64,000 nucleotides of DNA, from assembly GCA_050949565.1 (NCBI GenBank), contig JBMNFY010000010.1, forward strand, positions 192,001 to 256,000. Direction: 5' to 3'. The stretch is from Kiritimatiellia bacterium. GTDB taxonomy: Bacteria > Verrucomicrobiota > Kiritimatiellia > RFP12 > UBA1067. This document shows, one piece after another, positions 8,699 to 19,904 of this stretch. The notes beneath the pieces are model-generated. The model saw only the letters and a list, made by a program, of their open reading frames with translations. It was not told the origin of the DNA and searched no databases. Made by a program: the position numbers and the translations under genes. The first letter of the stretch is position 1. Every line of letters begins with the position of its first letter.

Positions 8699-11600
8699 TC
8701 ACCGCATAAAGAGGACGGTGCCGCCTTCGGAGAGCAACAGGAGGGCGCTGTTGCGACGGACGAGCTTCCATCCAGAGGGTAGCTCCGTGGCAAGCGTCGG
8801 CATGCCGGTGATACCCGTCGTCGTCTGTATGAGCGTGTAGGTCTGTGCGCGATCAAGCGCCTCGGGGTTGTTGATGGTCACGACCACGCCGCTGATATCG
8901 AGCGCGCCGGTGACATCCACAAGGTCGCCCAGATCAGCGCGGTACTGCGTGCCGGGGACGAGGGTGACGTTGGAGAAGGCGAGCGTGCCGACCGCGCCGT
9001 CGCCGCCGGGGCTGAGGACGGAGCCAGAGGCGAGCACGCCGTTCGAGACTGTGCCGCTGCCGGTGACGGTGCGGACAGTCTGGGTGCTGGCGTTCAGATC
9101 GAGCACCGCGCCGGCCGCGAGGTTCACGTCTGCGTCGGCGAGCAGGCGACCGATGTCGTCGGGGTTGGCTGCCGGCCGCACAAAGACGTAGAGGTCGCGG
9201 ATGTCGAACAATCCGGCGTTGTAGGTCCAGGTGTAGTCGTAGGCGGTCGTTTTGTCGGCCGGCGGATTGGGATCGTTGCCGATGCCCACTCCGAGGTCAT
9301 TGTCCCGACTGCCGCAATGGGAGATGGAGAAGAGCACCTGCTGTGCACCCCAGTTGTGGATCTGGAATGAGCCGTGTCCGATGGAGGTGCTGTTGCCACC
9401 GTTATCGTTGAAGTCAAACGCGCTTGAACTGCCGCCGATATCGGGGAGGCCGAAACCGGTCCCGTAGTTGGAGGGCCAGATCTCGAGGTTGCCAGTGTTA
9501 ACGCCGTCGACATCGGTGACGGCGCCGACGTTGGAACGCACGTCCATGTTGTAGACTTTCTGCTGCCACATGAAGGTGGCACCGTTGCGGTTGGGATAAC
9601 CGAGTTTGGTGCGGTCTTGGGTATGGGCGTTGAAGGAGACCCAGACCCATTGCGACTCACTCTCGCCCTTCTTACGGATTTCGAGATAGTAAGCCACGCG
9701 GTCGAAGGGCGCGGTCGCGGCGGAGTTGTCGATGGTGTAGGCCGTGCCGTTATAGGCGTCAGTAGCCTTCGTGGAAACCGGCGAGTAGTAGACGATGTCA
9801 TAGCCGTCGGCGAGGGCACCGACTTTGGCGCGGATGGCGGCCGGTACGGGCATCGTACCGCCGGCGTCGACGAGGCGCAGCGTGCCTTCGTTGACCTGCA
9901 CGTCGGGGGCCGCCGCTTCTTCAACCACGGGCGCGACATCGCGCGTGAGGATGTAGAGGTCGCGACGGGTGTAATCGGTGGCGTTCTCGGTGAAGGTCCA
10001 GTCGAGATTGGCGGAATCATTGGGCTTGTTGCCGATGCCGATGCAGGGCTTGTAGTTAGGCCGCCCGAAGTGGTTGACCGCGAAGAGGGTCTGGTTCAGG
10101 CCGAAGTTATGGACTTGGAAGGAGCCGTAGCCGGCGGCATTGCCGTAGAAACTGTTGCCGCTGCCGCTGTTCCGGTCGTCGAAGTCATATTTGGTACCGT
10201 CACCGACATAACCTCGGTCGAAGGCGTTGGCGGTCGGGAGGGCATGGTTGTAGTCGTTCGGGTACCACTCGATGTTACCGGTACTCACGTCGTCCACAGG
10301 TGTGACATTGGCGTTGGCGCTGGCGCGGACGGTCAGGTGATTGACGCGCGTCTGGAAGCACATCCGCTTGTCGGTGATCGGGAAGGCCAGCTTGGTGCGG
10401 TCGGTGAAGGGCGGCTCGAAGGCGGCCCAGACCCACTGGCGGCCGTACGAGCCGTGCTCGAGGACCATGACATAGGCCACGCGGTCGAAGCGGTTGGAAC
10501 TGTCGGGGTTCTTCACGCTCCAGAAGGTGTCGTCCAAGATGGTGTCCGAGACCGTGGGAATCGAACCCGCATAGATGATGGAGAAGCCCTTGGCGAGATC
10601 GCCCACGCCTTCGGCCACATCGGCAGGGAGTTCCGGGACGACCGTAGAGACCGGTTCGAACGCGATGCCGAGCTCATCGTACGGATTGTTGACGGTGAAG
10701 AGCGAGCCGTCGCCGGGGTCACTGATAAACTCGCAATACTCCACGTTCGGGACGTGGCGCGCGAGGCGGTCGATGCCCCAGACCGGGCGCGTGCCGTCGG
10801 ACTTGGTCCAGTAGCCGCCGACGCCGCCGCCGCCCTGGCCGGCGCGGATTTCGATGGCGTGCGGGCCGGGGGAGAGGGTAACGGTGCAGTGTGTGCCTGC
10901 ATTGCCTTGATTACGGTAGGGCAGGATCGTGGTGAAGCCCTTGTTGAGGATGACGTTGCCGTCGATGCGCAACAGGAAGGTGTCGTCCATGTTCTCCATG
11001 AATGTCCAGGTGACGTTCGTCGACTCCCGGTTCCAGAGATAGCCGGTGTAGACATAGACGGAGTTGTCCGGCCACCAGGCACCGTTGACGGTCGCGCCGC
11101 CGCTCGAGGACCAGCCGTAACCGAAAAGGGCGCGGGTGGAGAGTTGGACGGCGGGGCCGTATGTGGCGGTGCTCACCGGGTTCGTGTTGATGGCGGCACC
11201 GTCGAGGCGGTATTCGCGCAGGCCGGGGATTTTGGCGTTGCGGATGGCAGCGTCCAACTCTTCGGCGCGCGGGATGACGCGGGTCGAGAGGTCAAAGGTG
11301 CCTTCGCCGTCCTTGACGAGCGACGAGGTGGCCAAAGCACCGCCAACAAGCGAACCGCCGTCAGTAACGTGCGTCGTGCGGTTGGTGTGGGGGGTGTTGA
11401 GGACCAACGTACCGCCTACGAAGACGAGGTCAGAACCGTCGGGCAGGGCACCGTCGACAGTGGAGACGAGGGTGCCGCCCGCAAGGGTGGTCGGGCCGCG
11501 GTATGTGTTGACAGCGGCGAGGGCAAGCGTACCGTCGCCGGTCTTGGTGAGACCGCCGTCAAGCGTATCGGGCATGCTGCGGGTGGCCCTGCGGATGCTG

Positions 11601-14600
11601 GCACCGGTGAGCGGGCCGCCGCCATTGAGCGAGACGGAGGGGTCGGAAGTGTAGCCCGTACCGGGCGAGAGGATGCGGAATCCGGTGACCGCGCCGTCAT
11701 TGAGGACGGCTTCGGCAACCGCGCCGACACCGCCGCCACCAGTGACGAGCACGGCGGGCGGTGCGATATAACCGGAACCTTGCGCATTGACTTCGATGTA
11801 GGAGAGCCCCATGCCGGCGGGTTCCAGCGGAAGGTCAAGCGTGGCACCGACACCAGTGGGGGTGTCGATGACTGCGCCGCCGGCATGGACGGCCAGGGTG
11901 GCGGGCACGTTGTTCGCGCCGGTACGCACGATCGAGCCGGACTCGCGGACGGAGAGGGTGCCGCCGTCGAAGTTGATGGCGGCGCGTGCGGTGTTGGCCG
12001 AATTGTTGTTGCCGCCTTTGCGCAGATACTTGGTATCGAGCACGCCGCCCTTGAGGGTGACGGCCGCCAACGGGGAACTGTTGCGGTTGGCGAGTGTCAC
12101 GATGTTGGCCGAAACGCGGGCGTTCTCCTCGATGGTGAGGAAGCCCCATCCGTTGTTGTACCAGTTGACGCTATCCCACATGCAGAGATCAAGGCTGGCG
12201 GTGCCGGTGTCGATGGTGCCGTTGCCGGAGAGGTGGAAGTGGCCGTAGCCGGCGCGGGTACCGAAGGTGCCGCCGTAGTAGGCTGCAGGGTTGTCGCCGC
12301 CTGTGCCTTGGGCGGGAACACTGCCGGAGTTGAAGACGACGCGGCCTTCGCCTTTGACGCGCAGCGTGCCGTAAGCGCTGCTGTTGTGCGAGAGCTGTGT
12401 GTAGCCCTTGTTGGTGAGTGCGCCACCGGAGATCTCGTAGTAGCCGAAGCCCGATTCGCCGATGCGCCCGTCGGCGGCGGCTCCGCCGGTATTGAGGAAA
12501 ACGCCGCCGGTCTGGTAGACCACGCCGGCTGAGGTGCCGTCGCGCCCGACGTGCAGGCGGCCTTGGATGAAGGCGTTGTCAGAGATCGTCAGGACGCCGC
12601 GCGAAGAACCGAGCGTGCCGACGCCGATGGCGGGCTGAGCGCGGTTGTAGCCGTTATCGGTCGTGGTGATAACGGTGTTGCCGGAGAGCGGAAGCATGGC
12701 GCAAGAGGCGGCCCAGTTGTCAACACCGACCTGCACGCCGTAAGGGCCGAGATCGAGGGTGCCGCCATCGAAGCTGTTCAGGTCGAGTGTGCCGTCGTGG
12801 ATGCGTACCGGTCCGCTTACGGGCCAGTTGCCCGTGAGCGAGAGGACGTAGGGTCCGAGTTTGGAGAGGCCGAAGGCGGGCCAGTCGGCGGTGTAGGTAA
12901 GATCGGCTTCAGCCGTGTCGATGCCGAGGTAGGCGGTGGGCGACGTGAAGGCACCCGAGGCGGCGAGTGCTTCGATCTGCGCGAGCGACCAGCCGTCGGC
13001 AGCGTGGCGAACGGCAAATTCGCCGGTGCCGGAGACTGTCAGCGAAGCGGGCGCGCCCGGCACGGAGCCGGGGGCGTAGGCATGGAGCAGCGAGTTGTTG
13101 ACGGTGGTGTGGCCGGTGTAGGTGTTGGCCGGATTGCGCAGGTAGGTGTAGCCGCCGTAGGTCTTGAGGAGTCCGCCTGCCCCGGAGATCTGGCCTGCGA
13201 TGTTGTTGTGCACGTACGACGTTTGTCCGTCGAGGATGGCCTGGCCGCCTGTCAGTGTGACCGGCCCGGCCCAAGTATTGTGATTGGTGGTGCCGGAACG
13301 GACGGTGAAGCGTGCGCCGTCGGCGAGGGTGAGCGACCAGTTTACGGGCGGAACGAGATTGTGGAAGTCGAAGCCCGCGCCGTCGGCGACGGTGAGCGTG
13401 TTGACGGCAGAGCCGCCGAGGTCGGTGGATGCCTCGATCCCGAGAATACCGCCCTCGACATCGATGGCGGTGTCGGGCGTCACGCCGGCGATCTGGGTGG
13501 AGGTGAGGATGAACGAACTGGAGCCGACTTTACTCAGCGAGTGGCCGGCGAAATCGAACAGCCCGTTGCGGATATCGAAGCGGCCACGGGTGCCGTTGTA
13601 GGGGAGCGGGGTGGGGCCGATACCGCCGATCGCGGCGTCGTCGGCGAGCGCGATGGACTTGAAGGCGTTGTACTGGAGCGCATCATGGTCCATGCGCAGG
13701 GCACCGAGTCCGTCCGGACCGCTGCCGGCGATCGTGATGGTCTTGTCGAGGGCGATCGAATTGTTGGGGGCCTGTCCGATGGCCAGCGATCCGCCGTCGG
13801 CAACAGTGACGGACGGCAGGGCGACGCCACCGAGTGACTGGGAGTGGGCGACCTCGAGGATGCCGTTGGAGACGGTTACCGGCCCGGTGAAGGTCGGGCT
13901 CGCAGCGCTGAGGATGACACGTCCCGCATTGTTGAGCGTGAGGGGCGCACTGCCTACGAAGGGGCCGCTGAACGTCTGCGTGACCGTCGCATCAGGCGCG
14001 AGCGCGAGGGGCGCGTCGAGGCGGGTTGTGCCGGTCTGAGAGACCGGTCCGGAGAGCGTTATCTCATCATTGCCGGCCGTGGTCAATGTGGTGGGCGCAC
14101 CGTTATCGATGAGGGCGGCAGAAATGTTAAGCGGACCGCTCAGGGCGATGAGGCCTGATGCAGGCGGTGTGGCTGCGGTAGCGAGCCGTTCGTTCGACAG
14201 GCCGAAACAACCGCTGTGGACGTTGCCGGAGGTCGCGACCGCATTGACGGCGATCTTGAGGGTACCGTTGGCCGGGGCCATGTAGCGGTAGACAATCGCG
14301 TTGGCCGAGTTGGGCTGGCTGGCGTAAATCGTGGTGGTGTCCGGGAAGGAGGATACGCTCGAATGGAACTGGTAGACGCAACGGCGCTCTTGGGTCGAGG
14401 ACGGCGGGTCCCAGGCACGGAAATAGAGCGTGATCTCGTAAATGGCGCCGGGGGTGAGCCCGGTGAGCTGGCCAGTCCAGTTGCTGTTGTAGTTCATGTC
14501 GTAGAGCAGCGAGAGGAGGCCTGAGCAGGTTTCGGGCGGGAGCGAGTTGGTCCATTCGTTCCAGTTGGCATAGCCGTTGCCGTTGGGGAAACCGGAGTAA

Positions 14601-17600
14601 TCGGTGCCGGTACCGTTGGCTGCGCCCTTGGTGAAGGTCACGCCGTTGATGGTGGCGGGGGACTGGTTGCCGAAGTCGATGAGGTGCGAGTAGGTCTTGG
14701 AGGTCGAGAGCCCGGTGGCGGCATCCGAGGTGAGGGGCACGATACGGACGGTGCGTAGGTCGGGATAAGTGATGTCCGCAGACGCGCCGGATGCGGTCAG
14801 GGTGCCGTTGATAACGGAGAGCGGTGCTTCGGGCTGGAGGTAGTTGAGGGCGAGAATGCCGCCGCCCAGATCAAGCGTGGCGGGAGCGGCTGCCGTATAG
14901 TTGAACTGGCCGAGCGTGGTCAGGGGGGCAGCGATGGTGAAGTCGCCTGCAGGCGCGGTGTCGGCTGTCGCGGCGTGACCGGCGGCGTCCGGGAGGGTGT
15001 CGTTCACGATGGCGGCGGCGGGCAGGACCCGCGGCATGAGGCCATCGGCGGTGCTGTAAGTGGCGGGACCGCCATTGAGGATGATGCCGTCAACGGGGCC
15101 GGCAGCGAGGCCGCTGATGAAGATGCGGTTTGCGGCGGTGCCGACCGAGGGGGCGTTGATGGTGAGGACATTGCCGTTGAGGGTGATTGCGGCGAATGTG
15201 ACCGATGACGCCGTGGCTGCGGCCGGGACGGTAATCTGGGAGGCCTCGGTCAGGGTGATGGCCGGGAGGGCGACGTTGTAGTTATCTGCGGCGGCGGGAT
15301 TGAGGGCGAGCGTGCCTCCCGCGAGGGTGAACGTGCCGGAGCCGAGGGACGCGCCTGCGGGGAGTGCGAGCGTGCCGCTTTCGATGGATGTCGCGCCGGA
15401 ATAGGTGTTGGCGGCTGTGAGGGTGAGGGTGCCTGCGCCGGTCTTGGCAAGACCGCCGGTACCGGAGCGGACGCCGGAAAACACGATGGGGCCGGACGCG
15501 TCAAAGACGAATGTACCCGCGCCGGTCATGTCGCCGGTGAGGTTGAGCGTGCCGGAGCCGGCGTTTTCAATGATGGCCCGGTCTTTGTCAACGGTGAATA
15601 TTTTGTCAGTGGAGGACGCGGTGGCGCCGGTGACGCGCAGTCGCGAGTAGATGCCACTGTCGAGCGGATTGACGAAGTTGACGGTCGTGCAGGAGCCGAG
15701 GGGGTTGGGGGTGCCATTGGGGGCGAGGAAGGCGACCTCTACGCTGTTACCCCTGTCGAACGCGAGCGTACCTTGGATGTCGTTGTCCGGATGGTTCAGA
15801 GCCAGCGTGCCCCGCGTCCAGCCGCCTGTGGTTTCAAACCCATTGGGCGCGATGAGTTGGACGTTCATATCGAGTCGTCGGCTCTGTATGGCGATACGGG
15901 CGCGCCTGGCGAGGTCTGAGGGAACGATACGCAGGGCCGCGCCCTCACCGTTCATCGAGCCGCCGACATTGACGGCGAAGTTCCAGTCGTTGCGGCAGAA
16001 GATGTTGGTGGTGTGCGAGGCGAAAATCAGGTTGAGAGGAAAATCATAACTCCAGAATGCGCCGATAGTCGTCCGTTCAGTGAAGGTCAACGGAGCATTG
16101 ATGTGCGATTCGAGCCTGATGTAGTTGGTGTCGGTCTCCTCGTGGGCGGGAGCGCGGCGGAGCGTGTTGAAGGTGATCGGACCGCTCCCGTACAGATAGA
16201 TGCTGCGGCTGGTGGTGTTGGTGTAGCTGAGGGTGAGGGTCTTGGTCGGCTCGTAGTTGTAAGCGTAAAAGTTTCCGTTGACGCACAACGAGGCGTTCAC
16301 GGTCTGATCATTGGCTGCGCCGGCGGGGAGTGTGAGCGTGCCGTTGGCGGCGAGTGTCAGCGTTTCTTCCGGCAGGCCGATCGTGTACGCGGCGGCGTCC
16401 GGGGCGAAGGTAATACCGGCGGCTGTGGCGCTGCTACCCAAGCCGATGGCTGTTTTGCCGTTGCCGTCACCGGTGAAAAACGCGGTTTCGGCGGAGGTGG
16501 GCACGGCACCGCCGCTCCAGTTGGCGGCGGTTGACCAGAGGGCGTCGGCACCCAGACCGGTCCACGCGCACGCGCCAGGCGTGTAGAAAGAGCCGACTAC
16601 GCCGGACAGGGAGGTGGTGAAGGGACCGCCGTTTGAGGCGGGAATGAGGTCGGTGATGGTACCGTTGAAGGAGAGTGTGGAAACGGTCGCTGGCGTAAGT
16701 CCGCTAAGGGTGAGTGTGATGCTGCGCTGGTCGGCGGCAAGCGGGGATATCGCAGTGACGCTACCGGCGGGTGCCACCGTCCAGGCGGTCGGGGTGGCGA
16801 CGGCAGGGGAGGCATCGAGGTCGATGGGCTTGGAGAAGGTGACGGTAGCCGTATTGTCCGGGGCTAAGCGAACGGTGGTGACGACGGGCGGCGCAAAGTC
16901 GCCGTACGGCGTGACGATGTTGGTGATGGCAGGGAACCACGCAGCCGCCATCTTGCCGTAGCCGGTGTCGTTCGGATGGAGATTGTCGTACATGTCCGTT
17001 CGTTCGAGGTAGGCGTGCATGTCCAAGAAATGGACACGGCGTCCGGCGTTTTGATGGGCCTGGACGACTCCTGCGACATACGGGTTGAAATGGTCTTTAA
17101 TGAGGACATATCTCGAATCCGAGTCATTGGCGCCGCGCTTCAGCAGGGTGGTCACGATGATGTGCGCGTAGGGGCGGGCGGCAGGCGATACGGGCGATGA
17201 GCGCGTCGAGTTCATCGATGGTGCCGGGGAAATTCGGCGCGTCGCCGGTGTCGTTCGTGCCGATGTGAACCAACACCACGTCAGGGTCCGCAATCTGCGC
17301 GAGCCAGCCGAGGATGTTTTCGTAGAGACCGCTACTGGCGGCGGAAACACGCCAGCCGCTGTGTCCCTCGTGGTTGATTTCGTCACCGAGGCCGGGATGC
17401 GTATTCGAGGTCTGCGTGCCGATGTAGTCGACGTTGTACCCCGCATTGGTGAGTGTCACGTAGAGCGGGTAGCGGTAACCGCCACCGGTTCCGCTGTTGT
17501 TCGATCCGTATGTGATGGAGTCGCCGAGCGGCATGATACGCAACGGCGGCGGCTGCGCCAGCACGGGCGTGACAGCGAGTAACGCACCCACACCGACCAA

Positions 17601-17657
17601 CAACCAACGGCAGGCAACGGAACACAGACGGTTAGAACCGGACAGACGGATTGACAT
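8699..17657 (-). CDS. Giant (~2980 aa) secreted/surface protein: signal peptide, SGNH/GDSL esterase, autotransporter-associated beta-strand repeats, PA14-like domain, duplicated C-terminal domain; frameshift near 17184
   Basis: ORF 17124-17684 gives the signal peptide and GDSITYG...GHSG...HIGTND; ORF 8699-17446 continues with DNLHPN and repeats such as GGLAKTGAGTLTLTAANTYSGATSIESGTL; AAGGAG RBS before ATG 17657. Confidence 0.85.
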
Positions 17658-17681
17658 AAGGCACTCCTTTTCACTCACTGA

Positions 17682-17957
17682 CAAGGGTAACCTCGCTTCG
17701 CTCGGTGGCTTTCAGACAGGAAAGAACGCGAAGAACAGCCCTTGTTTCTTCAAGGGTAACCTCGCTTCGCTCGGTGGCTTTCAGACAGGAAAGAACGCGA
17801 AGAACAGCCCTTGTTTCTTCAAGGGTAACCTCGCTTCGCTCGGTGGCTTTCAGACAGGAAAGAACGCGAAGAACAGCCCTTGTTTCTTCAAGGGTAACCT
17901 CGCTTCGCTCGGTGGCTTTCAGACAGGAAAGAACGCGAAGAACAGCCCTTGTTTCTT
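17682..17957. repeat. Four perfect tandem copies of a 69-bp unit
   Basis: Unit CAAGGGTAACCTCGCTTCGCTCGG...CAGCCCTTGTTTCTT starts at 17682, 17751, 17820 and 17889. Confidence 0.97.
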
Positions 17958-18076
17958 GTACGTTACCTTTTCACCTGCACCCACAGGCAGACCGAACGAA
18001 TCCTTTCTTTCCTGCTGGCCGGAACCATATTGCATTCACCGGCCAGTGTCAAGCGCAAAAATCAAATTATTTCCGA

Positions 18077-19363
18077 TCAGATCGCCAGAGTCAGTTGCCT
18101 GTAAACCGGCGACAGAGAAACCGCCGGACAATACGTCGCCGGCGCCGTGCGCGCAGACAGGTTCCCGCCCCATTCGTAGACCACACCTTTCGTCTTGGTC
18201 CAGATGCGGATCAGCAGCATGTTCGCGGAGCCGCAGGCAGGGCAACGTATCCCGCCCTTGGCAAAACGCCCCTCCAGTTTCCGGCTGCCCGGCTGTCCGG
18301 GGCGTTGGCGGGCAAAGTACCGCGCCACCTGTCCGGCGCGGCGCACCAGAACCTGCAACGCATCGGCGACCAGGGCATGAATCTTCTTCCGCACCGGCCG
18401 GGCATAGATGCCGTAGTAACGCACCATCCGGAACCCCTTCGGCGGGAGATGCCGTATCATCCGCCCGATGAACTCGGACGCCGGGATTGTCTCATGCACT
18501 TCGCCCTTGCGATGATCCTCGTACCGGTACGTGACATTCTGTCCGTCGTAGTTCTCGATGCGCCGGATCGAGATCGGCGGGGCGCTCACGTACTTGCACA
18601 GGTAGATTACCAGCCGCTCCACCGGGCCTGACTCCGGCATGCAGTCGCAGTCAAACCCCGTCGGATACTTCGGAAACATCGAGCCCAGCCTGGCGTGCCA
18701 AGCGGCTTCATAGGCCGTGCCGCGCACCGCCTTTCTCAGAGCCGTGAGAACATGGTACTGCCACTTCTTGCGCAGTTTCTTCGTGTCGAAGAAGTTCACC
18801 TGCCGCCAGGCGTTGTCCTTGTCAATGCCGCCCTCGCTGACCACAAAGTGAAGGTGCGGATTGCTGTTGCCGGCCCGTCCGTGCAGTTGCAGCACCGCCA
18901 TGATTCCCACGCGAATCTTTTTCGCGCGCCGCCATTCCCGAATCAGCTCCTTGACCGCCACCGCACCGGCATCCATGTACACTTTTAAAAACGCCTCTTC
19001 CGCCAAGACCAGGGGCCGCAGCATTTTTGGCACGGTCAGCACCACTTGCCGGTGGATCACGCCCTCAAAGAGCACTTTCCTCGCCTGATTCAACCACTCG
19101 TCCACCGCCATCTTGAAGCAGCGCAGACACAGCCGACTCTTGCAGGTGAATCCGACCTTCTTTGTCGTTTGGCAGTCCCGGCACTGATACTCGTAGTAGC
19201 CTTCGCGAATATCGCCGCACGAGAGCATGCGTTCGACGTTTTCCTGCCAGTGTTCCGGGATCGCCCGACCATGTTCCCGCTCGTAACTGGCCGCGAAACC
19301 TGTCCAATGCTCCATAAATATTCGCTGCCACAGGTTGAGTTCCTCAAACGGCCGTTGTGTCAT
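18077..19363 (-). mobile_element. IS91-family rolling-circle (Y2 HUH) transposase; element ends not defined
   Basis: Zn-binding CRDC...TCKSRLCLRC, HUH motif NPHLHFVV, YLCKY (Y2), RMVRYYGIY. Confidence 0.92.
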
Positions 19364-19791
19364 CCGCTGTCTCCTGTAACTCCTTGATATAACTCCTTGC
19401 CAGAGAGCAGACTATAGACCGTGTTCATTACAGGTTACAAGCAGAGAAATAAAGAACTGCGGATTTACGGACCGTGAGTTCCGAATCAGAAAGGAGATGG
19501 TCCACGGCTATGAAGGAGCGAGGCGCTTCGAGGTTCTGCGGTTCAACTGGGTTATGGGTAACCATCAGCTAAAAAACATGTCTCTTTACACGATTACTTG
19601 CTTTACTGGCTTAATCAGCAGTCGAGTTACAGGTTCCCATACATTCGTTAAAAACCGCACACAACGTTAATGCGTATTTTAAATAGTTTTCCCTTTTAGT
19701 CAATAGCCCGCACAAATTTTTTTTAGGCGCGCTGAATCCTTTCAATGGACAGTCGAGAGGGGATGGTCTAACATCTCTGGCAATGTGAGGA

Positions 19792-19892
19792 GAGGCTCTT
19801 GCAAAACCCCTCGTGGCATGGGCGTCCCGCCCATGAGACACGGGCAAGATGCCCGTGCCACACCTGCAAGCAAGGGGTTTTGCAAGACCCTC
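19792..19892 (+). mobile_element. 101-bp MITE carrying a REP doublet (copy 1)
   Basis: Terminal IR GAGGCTCTTGCAAAACCCC...GGGGTTTTGCAAGACCCTC, flanking direct repeat AGGA, internal REP doublet 19813-19861. Confidence 0.8.
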
Positions 19893-19904
19893 AGGAGGTT
19901 GTTT

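Noticed and set aside
9617-13837. Long plus-strand ORFs (971 aa, 428 aa)
   Set aside because: Antisense shadows of the GC-rich giant gene with no recognisable motifs.
17682-17957. CRISPR array
   Set aside because: Units are identical over the full 69 bp with no unique spacers, and there are no cas genes in the window.
17890-17970. Integron attC site (..TAAC...GTTA.. with CGCTTCGCTCG)
   Set aside because: The ends do not fit RYYYAAC/GTTRRRY, and there is no integron integrase or cassette ORF.
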